A stretch of DNA of 64,000 nt from an uncultured Acidobacteriota bacterium (GCA_963741955.1 CAVUKB010000005.1:512001-576000), one strand, 5' to 3'. Counted from the stretch's first letter, positions 41,208-51,691 are shown. Notes: generated from the letters alone by a model not told the origin. Numbers and translations are program-made.

Positions 41208-43415
41208 CTACGCTTTCGGGCTTCCTTCGTCGTCGGTGAACGCCTCGATCCCGGGCCACTCGGTCGGCTCCAGCGGGTGTCCCGAGCGGCGCTTCTCCCT
41301 CCAGTCCACCACCCACTCTGCGATCTGGTCCGGAGTGAAGCCGATCTTGTCGGCGATGACTTCCGCCGGCGCGGAGGTCCCGAAGCGGTCCACACCGATG
41401 ACCAGCGCATCGTGGTTGACGTAGCGGTACCACCCGAGGGTGCGTCCCGCTTCGATCGCGACGATGCTGCTCCGGTCGGTTCCGAGAACGTGATTCTGGT
41501 ACTGCGGATCCTGCCGGTCGAAGAGGTCGAGGCAAGGCGCAGAGACCACGCGTGGACGCACACCCCGGCTGCGGAGGAGATCCGCAGTCGCGATTGCGAG
41601 AGGTACCTCCGATCCGCTCGCGAGCAGTGTGACCTCCCCTTCCTCGTATCCCTTCAGCAGATAGGCGCCTCGCCAGATCACCTTCGGCTCGAAGTCGGAG
41701 TCGCGACGGATCGGTTGCAGTTTCTGACGGGTGAGCGCCATGGCCGTCGGTCCCTTCGCCTGCGAGACTGCCCACGCCCACGCCATCGCCACCTCCGCGC
41801 CGTCGGCCGGGCGGAAGAGCGTCATGTTCGGAATCGCCCGAAGTGCGAAGAGGTGCTCGACCGGCTGATGAGTCGGACCGTCCTCCCCGAGGAAGATCGA
41901 ATCATGGGTGAAGACGAAGATCGAAGGGATGTTCATCAGCGCCGCGAGCCGGAGAGCCGGACGCATGTAGTCGGAGAAGATGAGGAACGTCGCTCCGTAC
42001 GCGCGCCACGAGCCGTAAAGCGTCATTCCGTTGATGATCGCCCCCATCGCGTGCTCCCGAATTCCGAAGTGGAGATTCCGGTTGCGGAAATCTTCCAGCG
42101 ACGGCGGAGGGGGCTCGTCCTCGTGCTTTCGTTCGATGCTTCCGGACGATTTGATGAGAGTATCCGTCGAAGGGGCCAGGTCTGCAGATCCTCCGGCCAC
42201 GAACGGCGCGATCGCCGCGAGCTTCTGGATCACCTGTCCGGACAGCGCCCGGGTGGCAGACGGCTTCTCGGAACGAGCAGCCTCCACGAGCTGCGTCACG
42301 AAATCGTGAGGCACGGAGTGACTCCAGTAGCGGTCCCACTCTTCGGAAAGGTCCGGATGGGTGCGCCGCCACGAGTCGAGCGACTTCTCCCACTGCTTGT
42401 GCGCGCGAGCCAGCTTCTTCGTCCGCCTGCGATACTCCTTCTTCACATCGTCCGGAACCAGAAAGGTCGGTTCCTCCGGCCAGCCGAGCGCCTTTTTCGT
42501 CGCCGCGGTCTCCTCGGCACCCAGTGGCGAGCCGTGCGCCGCCGCCGTTCCGTGGAGCTTCGGAGCGCCGTAACCGATCACCGTGCGCGCGATGATCATC
42601 GACGGCCGGTCAGTGACCTTCTGAGCCTTCCGGATCGCCTTGCGCACCGCGTCGCGGTCGTGCCCATCGATCTTCTGGACGTGCCAACCAACTGCTTCGA
42701 AACGTTTCTTCACGTCCTCGGAGAACGCGAGGCGCGTCGCGCCTTCGATCGAGATCTGATTGTCGTCGTAAAAGTAGATCAGGTTTCCGAGTCCGAGATG
42801 TCCGGCCAGAGACGCCGCTTCGCTGCTGATCCCTTCCATCAGATCGCCGTCCGAGCAGAAGACGTAGACGTAGTGGTCGACCGGAGAGAAGTCGTCGCTG
42901 TTGAAGCGCGCCGCCATCATTTTCGAGGCGAGCCCCATCCCGACCGCGTTGGCGAAGCCCTGCCCGAGCGGACCGGTGGTGACTTCGATCCCCGGCGCGT
43001 GGCCGTACTCGGGATGGCCCGCCGTTCTCGATCCCCACTGCCGGAAGTGCTTCAGCTGCTCGAGGGTCATCTCTTCATATCCGGTGAGGTGGAGAAGAGA
43101 GTAGAGCAGCATCGAGGCGTGGCCGGCGGAGAGGATGAAGCGGTCGCGGTTTTTCCATTCCGGCGACTGCGGGTCGTGCCGAAGGAACTCGGTCCAGAGG
43201 ACGAACGCCATGTCGGCCATTCCCATCGGAGTTCCGGGATGGCCGGAATTCGCTTTCTCGACCGCATCGACCGCGAGAAATCGGATCGTGTTGACACAGA
43301 GCTCCTCGAGCCTGTCCCGCTCGCTCTTCGGCTCGTTGCTCGATTCGGCCGACTTTACCGCGCGACTCGCACGCTCGGCCGTTCCGGACGCGTTCTTCCC
43401 CATTTCCTGACTCAT
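41208..43415 (-). CDS. tkt: Transketolase
   Basis: [41 protein letters not shown] and [11 protein letters not shown]. Confidence 0.96.
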   Translation of the reverse strand: MSQEMGKNASGTAERASRAVKSAESSNEPKSERDRLEELCVNTIRFLAVDAVEKANSGHPGTPMGMADMAFVLWTEFLRHDPQSPEWKNRDRFILSAGHASMLLYSLLHLTGYEEMTLEQLKHFRQWGSRTAGHPEYGHAPGIEVTTGPLGQGFANAVGMGLASKMMAARFNSDDFSPVDHYVYVFCSDGDLMEGISSEAASLAGHLGLGNLIYFYDDNQISIEGATRLAFSEDVKKRFEAVGWHVQKIDGHDRDAVRKAIRKAQKVTDRPSMIIARTVIGYGAPKLHGTAAAHGSPLGAEETAATKKALGWPEEPTFLVPDDVKKEYRRRTKKLARAHKQWEKSLDSWRRTHPDLSEEWDRYWSHSVPHDFVTQLVEAARSEKPSATRALSGQVIQKLAAIAPFVAGGSADLAPSTDTLIKSSGSIERKHEDEPPPPSLEDFRNRNLHFGIREHAMGAIINGMTLYGSWRAYGATFLIFSDYMRPALRLAALMNIPSIFVFTHDSIFLGEDGPTHQPVEHLFALRAIPNMTLFRPADGAEVAMAWAWAVSQAKGPTAMALTRQKLQPIRRDSDFEPKVIWRGAYLLKGYEEGEVTLLASGSEVPLAIATADLLRSRGVRPRVVSAPCLDLFDRQDPQYQNHVLGTDRSSIVAIEAGRTLGWYRYVNHDALVIGVDRFGTSAPAEVIADKIGFTPDQIAEWVVDWREKRRSGHPLEPTEWPGIEAFTDDEGSPKA

Positions 43416-43480
43416 CGAAACTCCTCCGAAGGTTTCGGATTATACTCACTCGACTCTCTCCGCATCGCGAGGATCCTCTG

Positions 43481-43936
43481 ATGAACCAGATCTTTCAGGC
43501 ACAATCGGATCATCCGCTTTTCCGTTATTTCGACGAGGCGGAGCGGCAACGCGTCGAATCGCTCGCTGAAATGCGACGGCTCGACGACGGCGACTACCTC
43601 ATTCGGGAAAGCGAAAGCGATTCCACTCTCTACGCAGTCGAGGATGGACGGCTGGAGATCGTCGTGAGGCGCGACGGGAAAGAGACCGTCACCGCCACGG
43701 TCGGGCCTGGCGACGTTCTCGGGGAGGTGTCGTTCATCGACGACTCGCCGCGGACCGTTTCGGTCCGCGCGGCGGAAGATGCAACGGCTGTGCGCGCCTG
43801 GAAGAAGAGTGCGCTCACCAACGACCTCGCCGGACGCCCGGACCTCCTCGCGAAGTTCGCCGTGGCGATGAGCGAGCTGCTGGTCGAGCGGCTTCGCGAC
43901 AGCGTCCGCCGCCAGGGGGCGTACCGCCCGATCTGA
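43481..43936 (+). CDS. Stand-alone cyclic nucleotide-binding domain protein
   Basis: GPGDVLGEVSFIDDSPRTVSVRA cNMP motif; no HTH. Confidence 0.87.
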   Translation: MNQIFQAQSDHPLFRYFDEAERQRVESLAEMRRLDDGDYLIRESESDSTLYAVEDGRLEIVVRRDGKETVTATVGPGDVLGEVSFIDDSPRTVSVRAAEDATAVRAWKKSALTNDLAGRPDLLAKFAVAMSELLVERLRDSVRRQGAYRPI

Positions 43937-44075
43937 AGACGATTTCGAATCTCGAATCTGCTGCGATTCTGCCGCAGGTGTCGTCTCGATCCGCGTGGAC
44001 GCGGGCTTCGATACCAAACGCATCCGCACTCGTCGGGCACGATCCAGGTTCAAATCCGAGATCGGAGATCCGAGA

Positions 44076-45371
44076 TCACTCCCGCTTCTCCCACGGGTGA
44101 TAGTGCAGCGAGAACTCGATCCGCTCCGCGAGCGATGGATGCGAATACGTCCACCACTCGATGAACTTCGGAGGCTCGGGGTCGACCTTCGAATTCTCGG
44201 CGAACTTGATGAATGCGCTCGCCGTCGGGCCGTTCATGTGCGTCAGCTCGAGCCCGAAGACGTCCGCCTGGTGCTCGATGTGCCTCGAGAAACCGGAGAA
44301 CACCGGAGAGAGGAGGAACATCGCAACCGAGAGAACGACCAGCAGCCAGGGGACGGCCGCCGGGTCGGAGGGCGCGTCGAACCCCCATTTCGGCCCCCAC
44401 CGCTTCGTCCCGCTCTCGATCGCGCGCTGCGCGAGAAGCATCACCACGAACATCACTCCGTAGCCGAAGGCGAGTCCTTTCCAGAGGTGGTGCATGACGT
44501 AGTGCCCCATCTCGTGCCCCATCACCGAGAGGATCTCGCGGTCGTTCAGCTTTTCGAGGAGGGTGTCCCAGAGGACGATCCGCTGCGTCGGTCCGAGCCC
44601 GTTGACATAAGCGTTCATCGTCTTCGTCTGCTTCGACTTGTCGACCTGATACACCCGGCCGGACGGAATGCCCGCCCGCTGTGCTTCAGCGAGGAGCTCG
44701 GCCCGGAGCTTCGGGTTTTTCAGCGGCTCGAAGTGGTTGAACAGCGGCTCGATGATCACCGGGGCGATCACGACGAGGAAAATCGCGATGGGGATGGAAC
44801 CCGCCCAAAGCGCCAGCCACCAGCCGCGGCGGAGCCTTCGAATGACCTGGAGTGCGAGCGCGCCGAGCGGTGCGCCGATCACCAAGGCCACCCCGAACCC
44901 CTTCACCCCTTCGAGCACCCACTGCGCGAGAGTCTGGTTCGACAACCCGAATTGCTGAGGGACGATCCAGCCGGCGTAGAGGTTCAGTGGGAGAGAAAGG
45001 AGCGTCGACACCCCGGAGAAGAAGGCGATGTACAACATCGCCGCGAGAAATCTCTTCCGTACCATTCTCTGCGCCAGATCGCGCATCCGGCGCGACCATC
45101 CGGTCGCGAGAATGACGAAGAGCACACCGATTCCCCACAGCGTTCCGATGAAGTAGAGGGCGTTGTTGATGCGGCTGTGGCGCTGCATCTCCGGAGTGAC
45201 CGTCACCTGGTACTCCGGAGGAACGTTGGCCGGAACTCTCTTCACCGCGTCCGGGGTCTCGGCGCCTTCGCGAGCACCCGGGGCCGGAGCGGCGGAGCTC
45301 ACCGCGGCGAACACCAGCGCGGCTCCCGCCGCGACCGCCACCGACGCGAGAACGAGCGTGCGCAATCTCAT
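44076..45371 (-). CDS. M48A (Ste24/CAAX-like) membrane metallopeptidase
   Basis: NAYVNGLG...RIVLWDTLL, HEMGH, EHQAD and YSHPSLAERI; multiple TM segments. Confidence 0.92.
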   Translation of the reverse strand: MRLRTLVLASVAVAAGAALVFAAVSSAAPAPGAREGAETPDAVKRVPANVPPEYQVTVTPEMQRHSRINNALYFIGTLWGIGVLFVILATGWSRRMRDLAQRMVRKRFLAAMLYIAFFSGVSTLLSLPLNLYAGWIVPQQFGLSNQTLAQWVLEGVKGFGVALVIGAPLGALALQVIRRLRRGWWLALWAGSIPIAIFLVVIAPVIIEPLFNHFEPLKNPKLRAELLAEAQRAGIPSGRVYQVDKSKQTKTMNAYVNGLGPTQRIVLWDTLLEKLNDREILSVMGHEMGHYVMHHLWKGLAFGYGVMFVVMLLAQRAIESGTKRWGPKWGFDAPSDPAAVPWLLVVLSVAMFLLSPVFSGFSRHIEHQADVFGLELTHMNGPTASAFIKFAENSKVDPEPPKFIEWWTYSHPSLAERIEFSLHYHPWEKRE

Positions 45372-45431
45372 CCGAAACTCACCTCCGTCGCCAGATCATC
45401 TCACCGTTTTCGCTGCGGTGACCGCGCCAGC

Positions 45432-47156
45432 TCAGAGGGGCACATCGAGGTCTGTGCCAATGTCGATCTTCTCGAACTGCGCGCCGAGGAAATGGACCGC
45501 CGCCCACGCCTCGAACCAGAGGAGCATCGCGGCCGGAATCGCGGCGACGGCGATGGGTTGAACTCCGAGAGCGCCGACACTGCTGGCGATGAAGGCTCCG
45601 ATCCCGATCACGAGAGCCGCGGGTATGAGCGCGATGCCGAGCGTGAACAACTGCCCGATCATCAACACGAGATTCTGTCCCATGGTGATGAAGCCGCGAG
45701 ATTGGTCGGAACGGCTCCATCCGGGGAGAATGATGACGATCGCGTTGTGGATGATCACCTGCAAGGAGACCAGACCGACGATCAGAAGCACCGCCGCCAC
45801 CGCTCCGCTCACGAACTGACCGGCGGAGAAATTGAGGAAGTCGTGCACGCTCGCGAAGCCGAGGGCCAGAAAGAGAATGGCCATGGCGCTGATGATCGCG
45901 GTCGGCGCCGCGACCTCCGCCGCCACCAGCCGCCACCCCGCGAGTGGATACGACTTGAGCGTCTCGATCCTCTCTCGATCCGCGCGGAGATCGTTGCGGA
46001 GCATCAGCGGTCCCATGAAAAGATAGAGAAACCCGAACGGGAACGCGAGAATCCCGATCACGCTCATCATGGTGTCGTACGCCCCCCCGATCCCCCCGAA
46101 GACGTTCAAGACGACGAAGATGAACGGAATCCCGAGGATCAGAAGAAGACGGACCGAGTAGACCCTCCCCGCCGCGATCAGGTTTTTCCAGAAGATCGCG
46201 AGCTCGGGAGGTCCAAGCGCACCGAGGGTGAAGGGTTTCGGCATCCGACGGAAAGTCACCTTCCCGTCGAGGGCCGCCAGACCGCCTCTCGCCTGCTCGA
46301 TCCGAGCGGCCTTCTTTTTGGAGAGATCGACCGATGTCTCTTCGAACGAGTAGTCGAGCCGGACCATGATGAAGAACGAGACGACCGCGAGCGAGAGCGC
46401 CGGCAGGAGGGAGATCGCGAGCTCGATCGGAGTCCTGGCGGAAAGTGGCCGCGCGAGCATCGACGGGACGAAGAGAATCGCGTGGAGCGGCGCCCAGGAG
46501 ATGGCATCCGTCACGACCTTCGTCGCGGCGCCGAGCTGCTGTTTCTGAAGGAGACCGAGAAGGACTGTCCGGACGGCCGGGCCGAAGCGCGATACGACCA
46601 GCGCGACCGTCCCGGCGAGGACAGCGAGAACCATTCCGATCCGAGGAAGCCACCCGATCCCCGCCTGACGCAGCCGTGCTCGTCCGAACGAAACCATCAT
46701 GAAATAGACGTTCAGCGCGTTGAACGTGAACCAGATTCCGACCAGGTTCGAGTGCCGGAAGATCAGAAGTCCGAACAGCACGGTCGAGAAGAGAAGCTGA
46801 AGTTGCGACCGGATGACCTTGTAGAGAAGCAGCTGCCGGCGTGAGACGGGTGCCGGAAAGAGAAACTGGATCTCGGCCTCGCTGAACTGCAGACCCGCAA
46901 CCGAAGTAGGGAGCGCCCAGGGGAGCAGAAGCGCTCCGAAAAGGAGGATGGTGAAGAGAAGCGCCCCGATCTCGGCGGTCAATCCAAACGTGCGCATCTC
47001 GTGTTCGCGCACCGCGTTCCGTAGAAAGACCATCCAGATGTACGCCATCCCCACCAGCGCAGAAATCAGGTAGCGCGGCTTCTTCAGGCGCCGGAGCTGA
47101 TGGAGGAGGCGGTTCTTCAGAGAGCGGGCGGTCAGCCAGAGGAAGTTGCCGATCAT
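45432..47156 (-). CDS. Putative ABC exporter permease
   Basis: 574 aa with many TM segments; FSEAEIQFLFPAPVSRRQLL; start overlaps the upstream ATPase stop. Confidence 0.8.
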   Translation of the reverse strand: MIGNFLWLTARSLKNRLLHQLRRLKKPRYLISALVGMAYIWMVFLRNAVREHEMRTFGLTAEIGALLFTILLFGALLLPWALPTSVAGLQFSEAEIQFLFPAPVSRRQLLLYKVIRSQLQLLFSTVLFGLLIFRHSNLVGIWFTFNALNVYFMMVSFGRARLRQAGIGWLPRIGMVLAVLAGTVALVVSRFGPAVRTVLLGLLQKQQLGAATKVVTDAISWAPLHAILFVPSMLARPLSARTPIELAISLLPALSLAVVSFFIMVRLDYSFEETSVDLSKKKAARIEQARGGLAALDGKVTFRRMPKPFTLGALGPPELAIFWKNLIAAGRVYSVRLLLILGIPFIFVVLNVFGGIGGAYDTMMSVIGILAFPFGFLYLFMGPLMLRNDLRADRERIETLKSYPLAGWRLVAAEVAAPTAIISAMAILFLALGFASVHDFLNFSAGQFVSGAVAAVLLIVGLVSLQVIIHNAIVIILPGWSRSDQSRGFITMGQNLVLMIGQLFTLGIALIPAALVIGIGAFIASSVGALGVQPIAVAAIPAAMLLWFEAWAAVHFLGAQFEKIDIGTDLDVPL

Positions 47157-47908
47157 CGAGTCGCCCCGACCTCCGGCGGCTCGGATGCGGTGATCCGAAT
47201 GAACGCTTCTTCCAGCGTCGTATCGCTCGTAGCCGCACTGATTCTCCGGATCTGGTCCAGCGTACCGAACGCGATGCTCCTCCCACGGTGAACGATCAGG
47301 AGCGTGTCGCACAGCTCTTCCACCAGATGAAGAAGGTGCGAGCTGATGAGAATCGCGGCTCCGTTCTCCTTCCGCCGCCGGATCGTTGCTTTCATCTTCC
47401 GGATGCCGAGCGGATCGAGCCCGGTGAGCGGCTCGTCGAAGATCAGAACGCGCGGATCGTGTACGAGACCACACGCGATCATCAGCTTCTGCTTCATTCC
47501 TCGAGAAAGCTCGGCGGGAAGTGCCTTCCGCTTCGGCGTGAGCTCGAGCTCTTCGAGCAGCGCCTCTGCCTGCGGCTTCCACTCGTTGACGCCGTAGATT
47601 TTCGCCACGAACTGCAGGTGCTCCTCGACCGTGAGATAGTCGAACAGCTTCGGCTCGTCGGAGAAGAACGCGAGGTGCTGTTTCGCTGCGACCGGCTGGT
47701 CCACCACGTCCGCTCCGCAAATGGTGATCTCTCCACGCGTGGGACGGTGGATCCCGGCCAGCGCCCTGAGCGTGGTCGTCTTCCCCGCTCCGTTCGGACC
47801 GACGAGACCGAGAATCTCTCCTTCACCCACCCAGAAACTGAGGTCCTCGATCGCAATCAGATCACCGTAGTTCTTCGTCAGATTGCGTACCTCGACCAGT
47901 CGATCCAT
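47153..47908 (-). CDS. ABC transporter ATP-binding protein
   Basis: GPNGAGKTT, LSRGMKQK, DEPLTGLD and SSHLL. Confidence 0.93.
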   Translation of the reverse strand: MDRLVEVRNLTKNYGDLIAIEDLSFWVGEGEILGLVGPNGAGKTTTLRALAGIHRPTRGEITICGADVVDQPVAAKQHLAFFSDEPKLFDYLTVEEHLQFVAKIYGVNEWKPQAEALLEELELTPKRKALPAELSRGMKQKLMIACGLVHDPRVLIFDEPLTGLDPLGIRKMKATIRRRKENGAAILISSHLLHLVEELCDTLLIVHRGRSIAFGTLDQIRRISAATSDTTLEEAFIRITASEPPEVGATR

Positions 47909-48042
47909 TCGTGAGCTCCTCCCCTGAGTCCGGCTGCATCCGGAAGGATACCGCGGCCCCACCCGGATTCCATACGGCGAGGGGGAGGTATTTGTTTCCG
48001 TGAATGCAAGGTCAGGGAGTGAGGAGGAGGAGGCGGTGCGAT

Positions 48043-48136
48043 GGCATCGGTGACGACGAGCGACGCCGGGACTGCGCCACGCCGGCTCCCGGCCCGGATC
48101 ATTCACGGGATTTCTGCTGCGGAGCGCAACCCGGGC
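48043..48136. repeat. Composite dispersed repeat (36-bp module shared with 52840-52875 plus a truncated palindromic element, copy 3)
   Basis: GGCATCGGTGACGACGAGCGACGCCGGGACTGCGCC is 33/36 identical to 52840-52875, followed by CCGGATCATTCACGGGATTTCTGCTGCGGAGCGC. Confidence 0.7.
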
Positions 48137-48296
48137 TAGAATATGGTTTCGGCCGGGCGACGGCCGAAACGCTTGAGCACCGATCTCGCATGACAGGGGA
48201 GGAGTGCGCCAGCCGCACACAATCCGAGCTCCCGATGCGGTCCCGCCGGACGGACATCGGATCAGAGCGGATACACGAGGAGGAGCAGGGATCATC

Positions 48297-49301
48297 ATGA
48301 AGAGGACCATCCGGAGTCTCGCCGTCTCTCTCGCATTCTTCACGCTGGCATCACCGCTGCTCGCGGCACGAATCCGCGCGTTCGACGCCGTCTACACGGC
48401 CACTCTGAGCGGGATCCCCGCCGGAACGAAGAATGTCCGGATCTGGATTCCGGTCCCTTCCTCGCGCGATCACCAGATCGTCTCGAACATCCGGATCGAC
48501 GCGCCGTTCGCATGGAAAGAAAACGTCGAGCCCGAGTTCGGCAATCACTATCTCTTCGCAACGCTTCCCGAAGCACCGGGTGGGGACGTGACGGTCACGA
48601 TCTCGTTCACGGTGCAGCGGAACGAGATCACGTTCGCCTCGCTCCAGGCGGGCAAGATCTCCGATCGAGAGCTCGAGCGCGATCTGAAGCCGGACCGTCT
48701 GGTCACCCTCTCCCCTCGGGTGCGGCAGCTCGCCGACCGCGTCGCGGGAGGCGCGAGCTCGACGCTCGATCAGGCCCACCGGATCTACGACTACCTCGTC
48801 ACCTCGATGACCTACGACAAGTCGACGCCGGGGTGGGGCCACGGCGACTCGGAGCGGGCGTGCGACATCAGGAAAGGGAACTGCACCGATTTCCACTCGC
48901 TCTTCATTTCGCTCGCGCGGGCACGGGGAATCCCGGCTCGTTTCGTGATCGGCTTTCCGGTCTCCGCCTCCCCCGACGGACAGATGAAGGGCTATCACTG
49001 CTGGGCCGAGTTCTGGGACGGATCGAAGGGTTGGGTCCCGATCGACGCTTCGGAGGCCTCCCAGTCGAAGGACCCCACGGTGAGGGCGTACCTGTTCGGC
49101 AATCTCGACCCCGACCGGGTCGCGTTCTCCATCGGCCGGGACATCCGCTTTCCGGAAGGGACGAAGGAGCCGTTGAACTACTTCGTCTACCCGTACGCAG
49201 AGTCGAACGGAGAGTCGGTAGGGAGAGGAAGCATCTCTCTTCAGTACCGTGAATCGAAGCCTCAGCAGCGCTCCGCCGCGACGTCGGCGGAGGGTCGTTG
49301 A
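48297..49301 (+). CDS. Secreted transglutaminase-like domain protein
   Basis: Signal peptide; GNCTDFHSLF (Cys), GYHCWAEF (His) and WVPID (Asp). Confidence 0.88.
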   Translation: MKRTIRSLAVSLAFFTLASPLLAARIRAFDAVYTATLSGIPAGTKNVRIWIPVPSSRDHQIVSNIRIDAPFAWKENVEPEFGNHYLFATLPEAPGGDVTVTISFTVQRNEITFASLQAGKISDRELERDLKPDRLVTLSPRVRQLADRVAGGASSTLDQAHRIYDYLVTSMTYDKSTPGWGHGDSERACDIRKGNCTDFHSLFISLARARGIPARFVIGFPVSASPDGQMKGYHCWAEFWDGSKGWVPIDASEASQSKDPTVRAYLFGNLDPDRVAFSIGRDIRFPEGTKEPLNYFVYPYAESNGESVGRGSISLQYRESKPQQRSAATSAEGR

Positions 49302-49380
49302 GCCGGTTCGCCACTCACCTTCCCGGTGCCGTCAGCTCTCCGGCCTCTCGCCTTTCACCAAAAGCGCGTGGGCGTCGAGA

Positions 49381-49893
49381 TCAGAGAGCGAGGGTGCGGA
49401 TACGCTTCAACTGCTCGGACGGATAGAGACGCGGGTTCACTGAGCCGTGCGCCTCGAGGATTCGCCCATCTTCCCCGATCAGATAGGCGATGCGGCGTGC
49501 GAAGAGATCGTGCGGTGAGCCGGCCGCTCCGTACGCCATCCCGATCGTCCGATCCGGATCAGAAAGCAGCGGGAAGGGGAACCCGTGCTTCGCGGCGAAT
49601 TCCTCCAGCGCGTCGCGCGAATCGAAACTCGAACCGATGATGACGACGTTCCGCGCCGTATAGGCGTCGTAGAGATTCCGGAACCCGGAACCTTCGGCCG
49701 CTCACCCCGGCGTGTTCGCTCTCGGAAAGAACCAGAGTACGACCTTCTTTCCGCGGAGGGACGAGAGGTGCACCCGCTCGCCACGATGGTCGAGGGCATC
49801 GAAGTCGGGAGCACTCTCTCCGACCGAGAGCATGTGCGGCTTCCGGCGAAGCACGGCATCGGCGACCAGTCTGAGAATTCCCTTCAGCGACAT
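49381..49893 (-). CDS. bcp: BCP/PrxQ-type peroxiredoxin, probable selenoprotein (in-frame TGA at 49702-49704 in PRANTPG-U)
   Basis: APDF..LD..G..V.LSSLRGKKVVLWFFPRANTPG, TGA, then AAEGSGFRNLY...IIGSSFD...FAAKHGFPFPLLSDPDR...RRIAYLIGEDGRI to TGA 49381; GGAGG RBS. Confidence 0.88.
49673..49693 (-). promoter_or_regulatory. Candidate bacterial SECIS hairpin of the peroxiredoxin gene
   Basis: mRNA: UGA GCGGCCGA AGGUUCCGG-GUU-CCGGAAUCU, a 9-bp stem whose loop begins with G ~18 nt after the UGA. Confidence 0.65.
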
Positions 49894-49967
49894 CAGTCCT
49901 CCGGCGGGATCGGGTTCATCGGATCCGGGGTTGCAGGTTCACGTCGAAAGAGGCTCGAAGCTCGAGT

Positions 49968-50444
49968 TCACTTCATCCATTCGTAGACCAGGTAATGCTC
50001 GCCGGACATGCCGAGTCGCTCGTAAACCAGCTGCGCGGGTCGGTTTCGCCGGTCGACGTAAAGCCGTACTCCGGCAATTGTATCGTCTGCATCCACGATC
50101 TCACGAACATGAGCGTAGAGACTCGCATAGACTCCGCGTCTCCGCATCGATTCGTCGACGAAAACGCTCTGAATCCACCATACCGTTCGGGCGCGCCAAT
50201 CGCTCCACTCGAAAGTGATCAGCAGCGATCCGACCACCTTTCCACCCGCTTCGGCGATGAAGTACCTCCCGAGCGACGGATCTGCAAAGACGCTCCGTAC
50301 ACCGCGGCGGCAGGTCTCGCCATCGAGCTCGACCTCCTCCGTCTCCCGCGCCATCCGCAACTGGAACGCGACGATCGTCTCGGCATCAGCCTCCACCGCA
50401 TCCCGGCAGCGGATCGAGTTTCCGTCAGGTCGAATCTCCGTCAT
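49968..50444 (-). CDS. GNAT family N-acetyltransferase
   Basis: LLITFEWSDWR...WWIQSVFV..SMRRRGVYASLY, LYVDRRN..AQ.VYERLGM. Confidence 0.88.
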   Translation of the reverse strand: MTEIRPDGNSIRCRDAVEADAETIVAFQLRMARETEEVELDGETCRRGVRSVFADPSLGRYFIAEAGGKVVGSLLITFEWSDWRARTVWWIQSVFVDESMRRRGVYASLYAHVREIVDADDTIAGVRLYVDRRNRPAQLVYERLGMSGEHYLVYEWMK

Positions 50445-50605
50445 ACCAAAGCACTCCCGATAAGTGAATCGTCGTTTACCACTTCCGCAACAGCGCCGAA
50501 CGGTGCGTTCTTTCTCCAACCCTCCCCGGCGCGGACCATTCAATCACGGAATGATGCAGTTGCATCATTCCGAATCGAAAAAATGAACCGAGAATTGGGA
50601 TGTGT

Positions 50606-50876
50606 GTGGGCCATAGAGGAAGAGAGTGCTGGTGAAGGACCCTTGAAGCGGTTCGAAAGGACCGCGGCCCGAACGCCTCGAGAGGAAGACCGAAGGTTGC
50701 GTGACGAAGCTCAGCGCCTTGCCGCGTAACGGATCCAAGTGACCCGCCGTGACCTTCGGAAGAGACGTCCGAGCACAACACGATGGTGCCAAGCCTGCCA
50801 ATCCATCGCTCCTTCCCGGGAAAGGGACTTCATCGAATCCGCACCTCCCTACTCGGCCGCAACCTCTATGGCCCAC
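50606..50876. repeat. 14-bp perfect inverted repeats flanking a 243-bp intergenic segment
   Basis: GTGGGCCATAGAGG (50606-50619) and CCTCTATGGCCCAC (50863-50876). Confidence 0.8.
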
Positions 50877-50995
50877 CTTTTTGATTCGAGGGATCAGGAG
50901 CTCGGGACGGAGCTCCGAGGCGTGGCGGGGAGTCACCGGCTGAAATACCGAACGGGTGCGCTGGGGAACCCCGATTTCGGGGTCAGGGCCGGGAC

Positions 50996-51691
50996 TCACC
51001 CGCCGATTTCGTGTCTCTCGCTCGCGCCGGCGGGGATTCCACGGAAACGAGCCGTCGCGGCAAGCCTGTTGTGCACTCCGAGCTTGGCCAGAATCCGCTG
51101 AACGTGATTCCGCACCGTCACCCGTGAGATCGAGAGGGTCGAGGCGATCACTTCGGTCGCTTCTCCCCGGTCCAGCATCCCGAGGATCTCTCGCTCCCGA
51201 GGAGTGAGAAGCCGTTCGACCTCCTGGGTCTGCTCGCATCCCGCAGCCTGATCACTCTCCATTCCTTCCGTGGCCTGTCGGATCGCTTCATCCGCCACGT
51301 CGGTAGGCATCTCGCCCTTCAGCACGGCTGGCGTGAGCGTATGCACGACGACCGGCGCCGCTGCGGGGGTTCGACGCTTCGACAGAGGCTCGACCACGAA
51401 CGGCAGATACTCGCCGCAGCTGTTGCGGTATCGCGCGATGAACGGGTGGACCTCGGCGTTCGGCATCTCCCGCACCTGATGGGAGATCGGACAGGAGCGG
51501 TAGCAGTGAACGTTCCCGAAAAGGTCTCTCCCCGCGAGGAGGTCATAGCACCGCTTCCCGAGCGCGTGATCGGCGTCGATCCCGAACTGCTCGGAACATG
51601 CGTCATTCCAGGAAACGATGCGGTTCTGATGGTCGATCGCAAATGCCGGCTGCTGGAGAGGGTCGGGGGCTTCTTTCGGTACATTACGCAT
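50996..51691 (-). CDS. PAS-domain LuxR-family transcriptional regulator
   Basis: N-terminal PAS (AFAID...IVSWNDA..E.FG); C-terminal LTPREREIL...IASTLSISRVTVRNHVQRILAKLGVHNR. Confidence 0.9.
   Translation of the reverse strand: MRNVPKEAPDPLQQPAFAIDHQNRIVSWNDACSEQFGIDADHALGKRCYDLLAGRDLFGNVHCYRSCPISHQVREMPNAEVHPFIARYRNSCGEYLPFVVEPLSKRRTPAAAPVVVHTLTPAVLKGEMPTDVADEAIRQATEGMESDQAAGCEQTQEVERLLTPREREILGMLDRGEATEVIASTLSISRVTVRNHVQRILAKLGVHNRLAATARFRGIPAGASERHEIGG

Noticed and set aside
41100-41210. Possible ncRNA or riboswitch downstream of tkt
   Set aside because: Only weak resemblance to the dispersed repeat modules; no recognisable RNA family motif.
49381-49893. Pseudogene call for bcp (and for the rhodanese at 14845-15423)
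   Set aside because: In both genes the stop is TGA at a catalytic Cys position, the downstream frame is intact and a hairpin follows, so Sec recoding is more parsimonious, though unproven.
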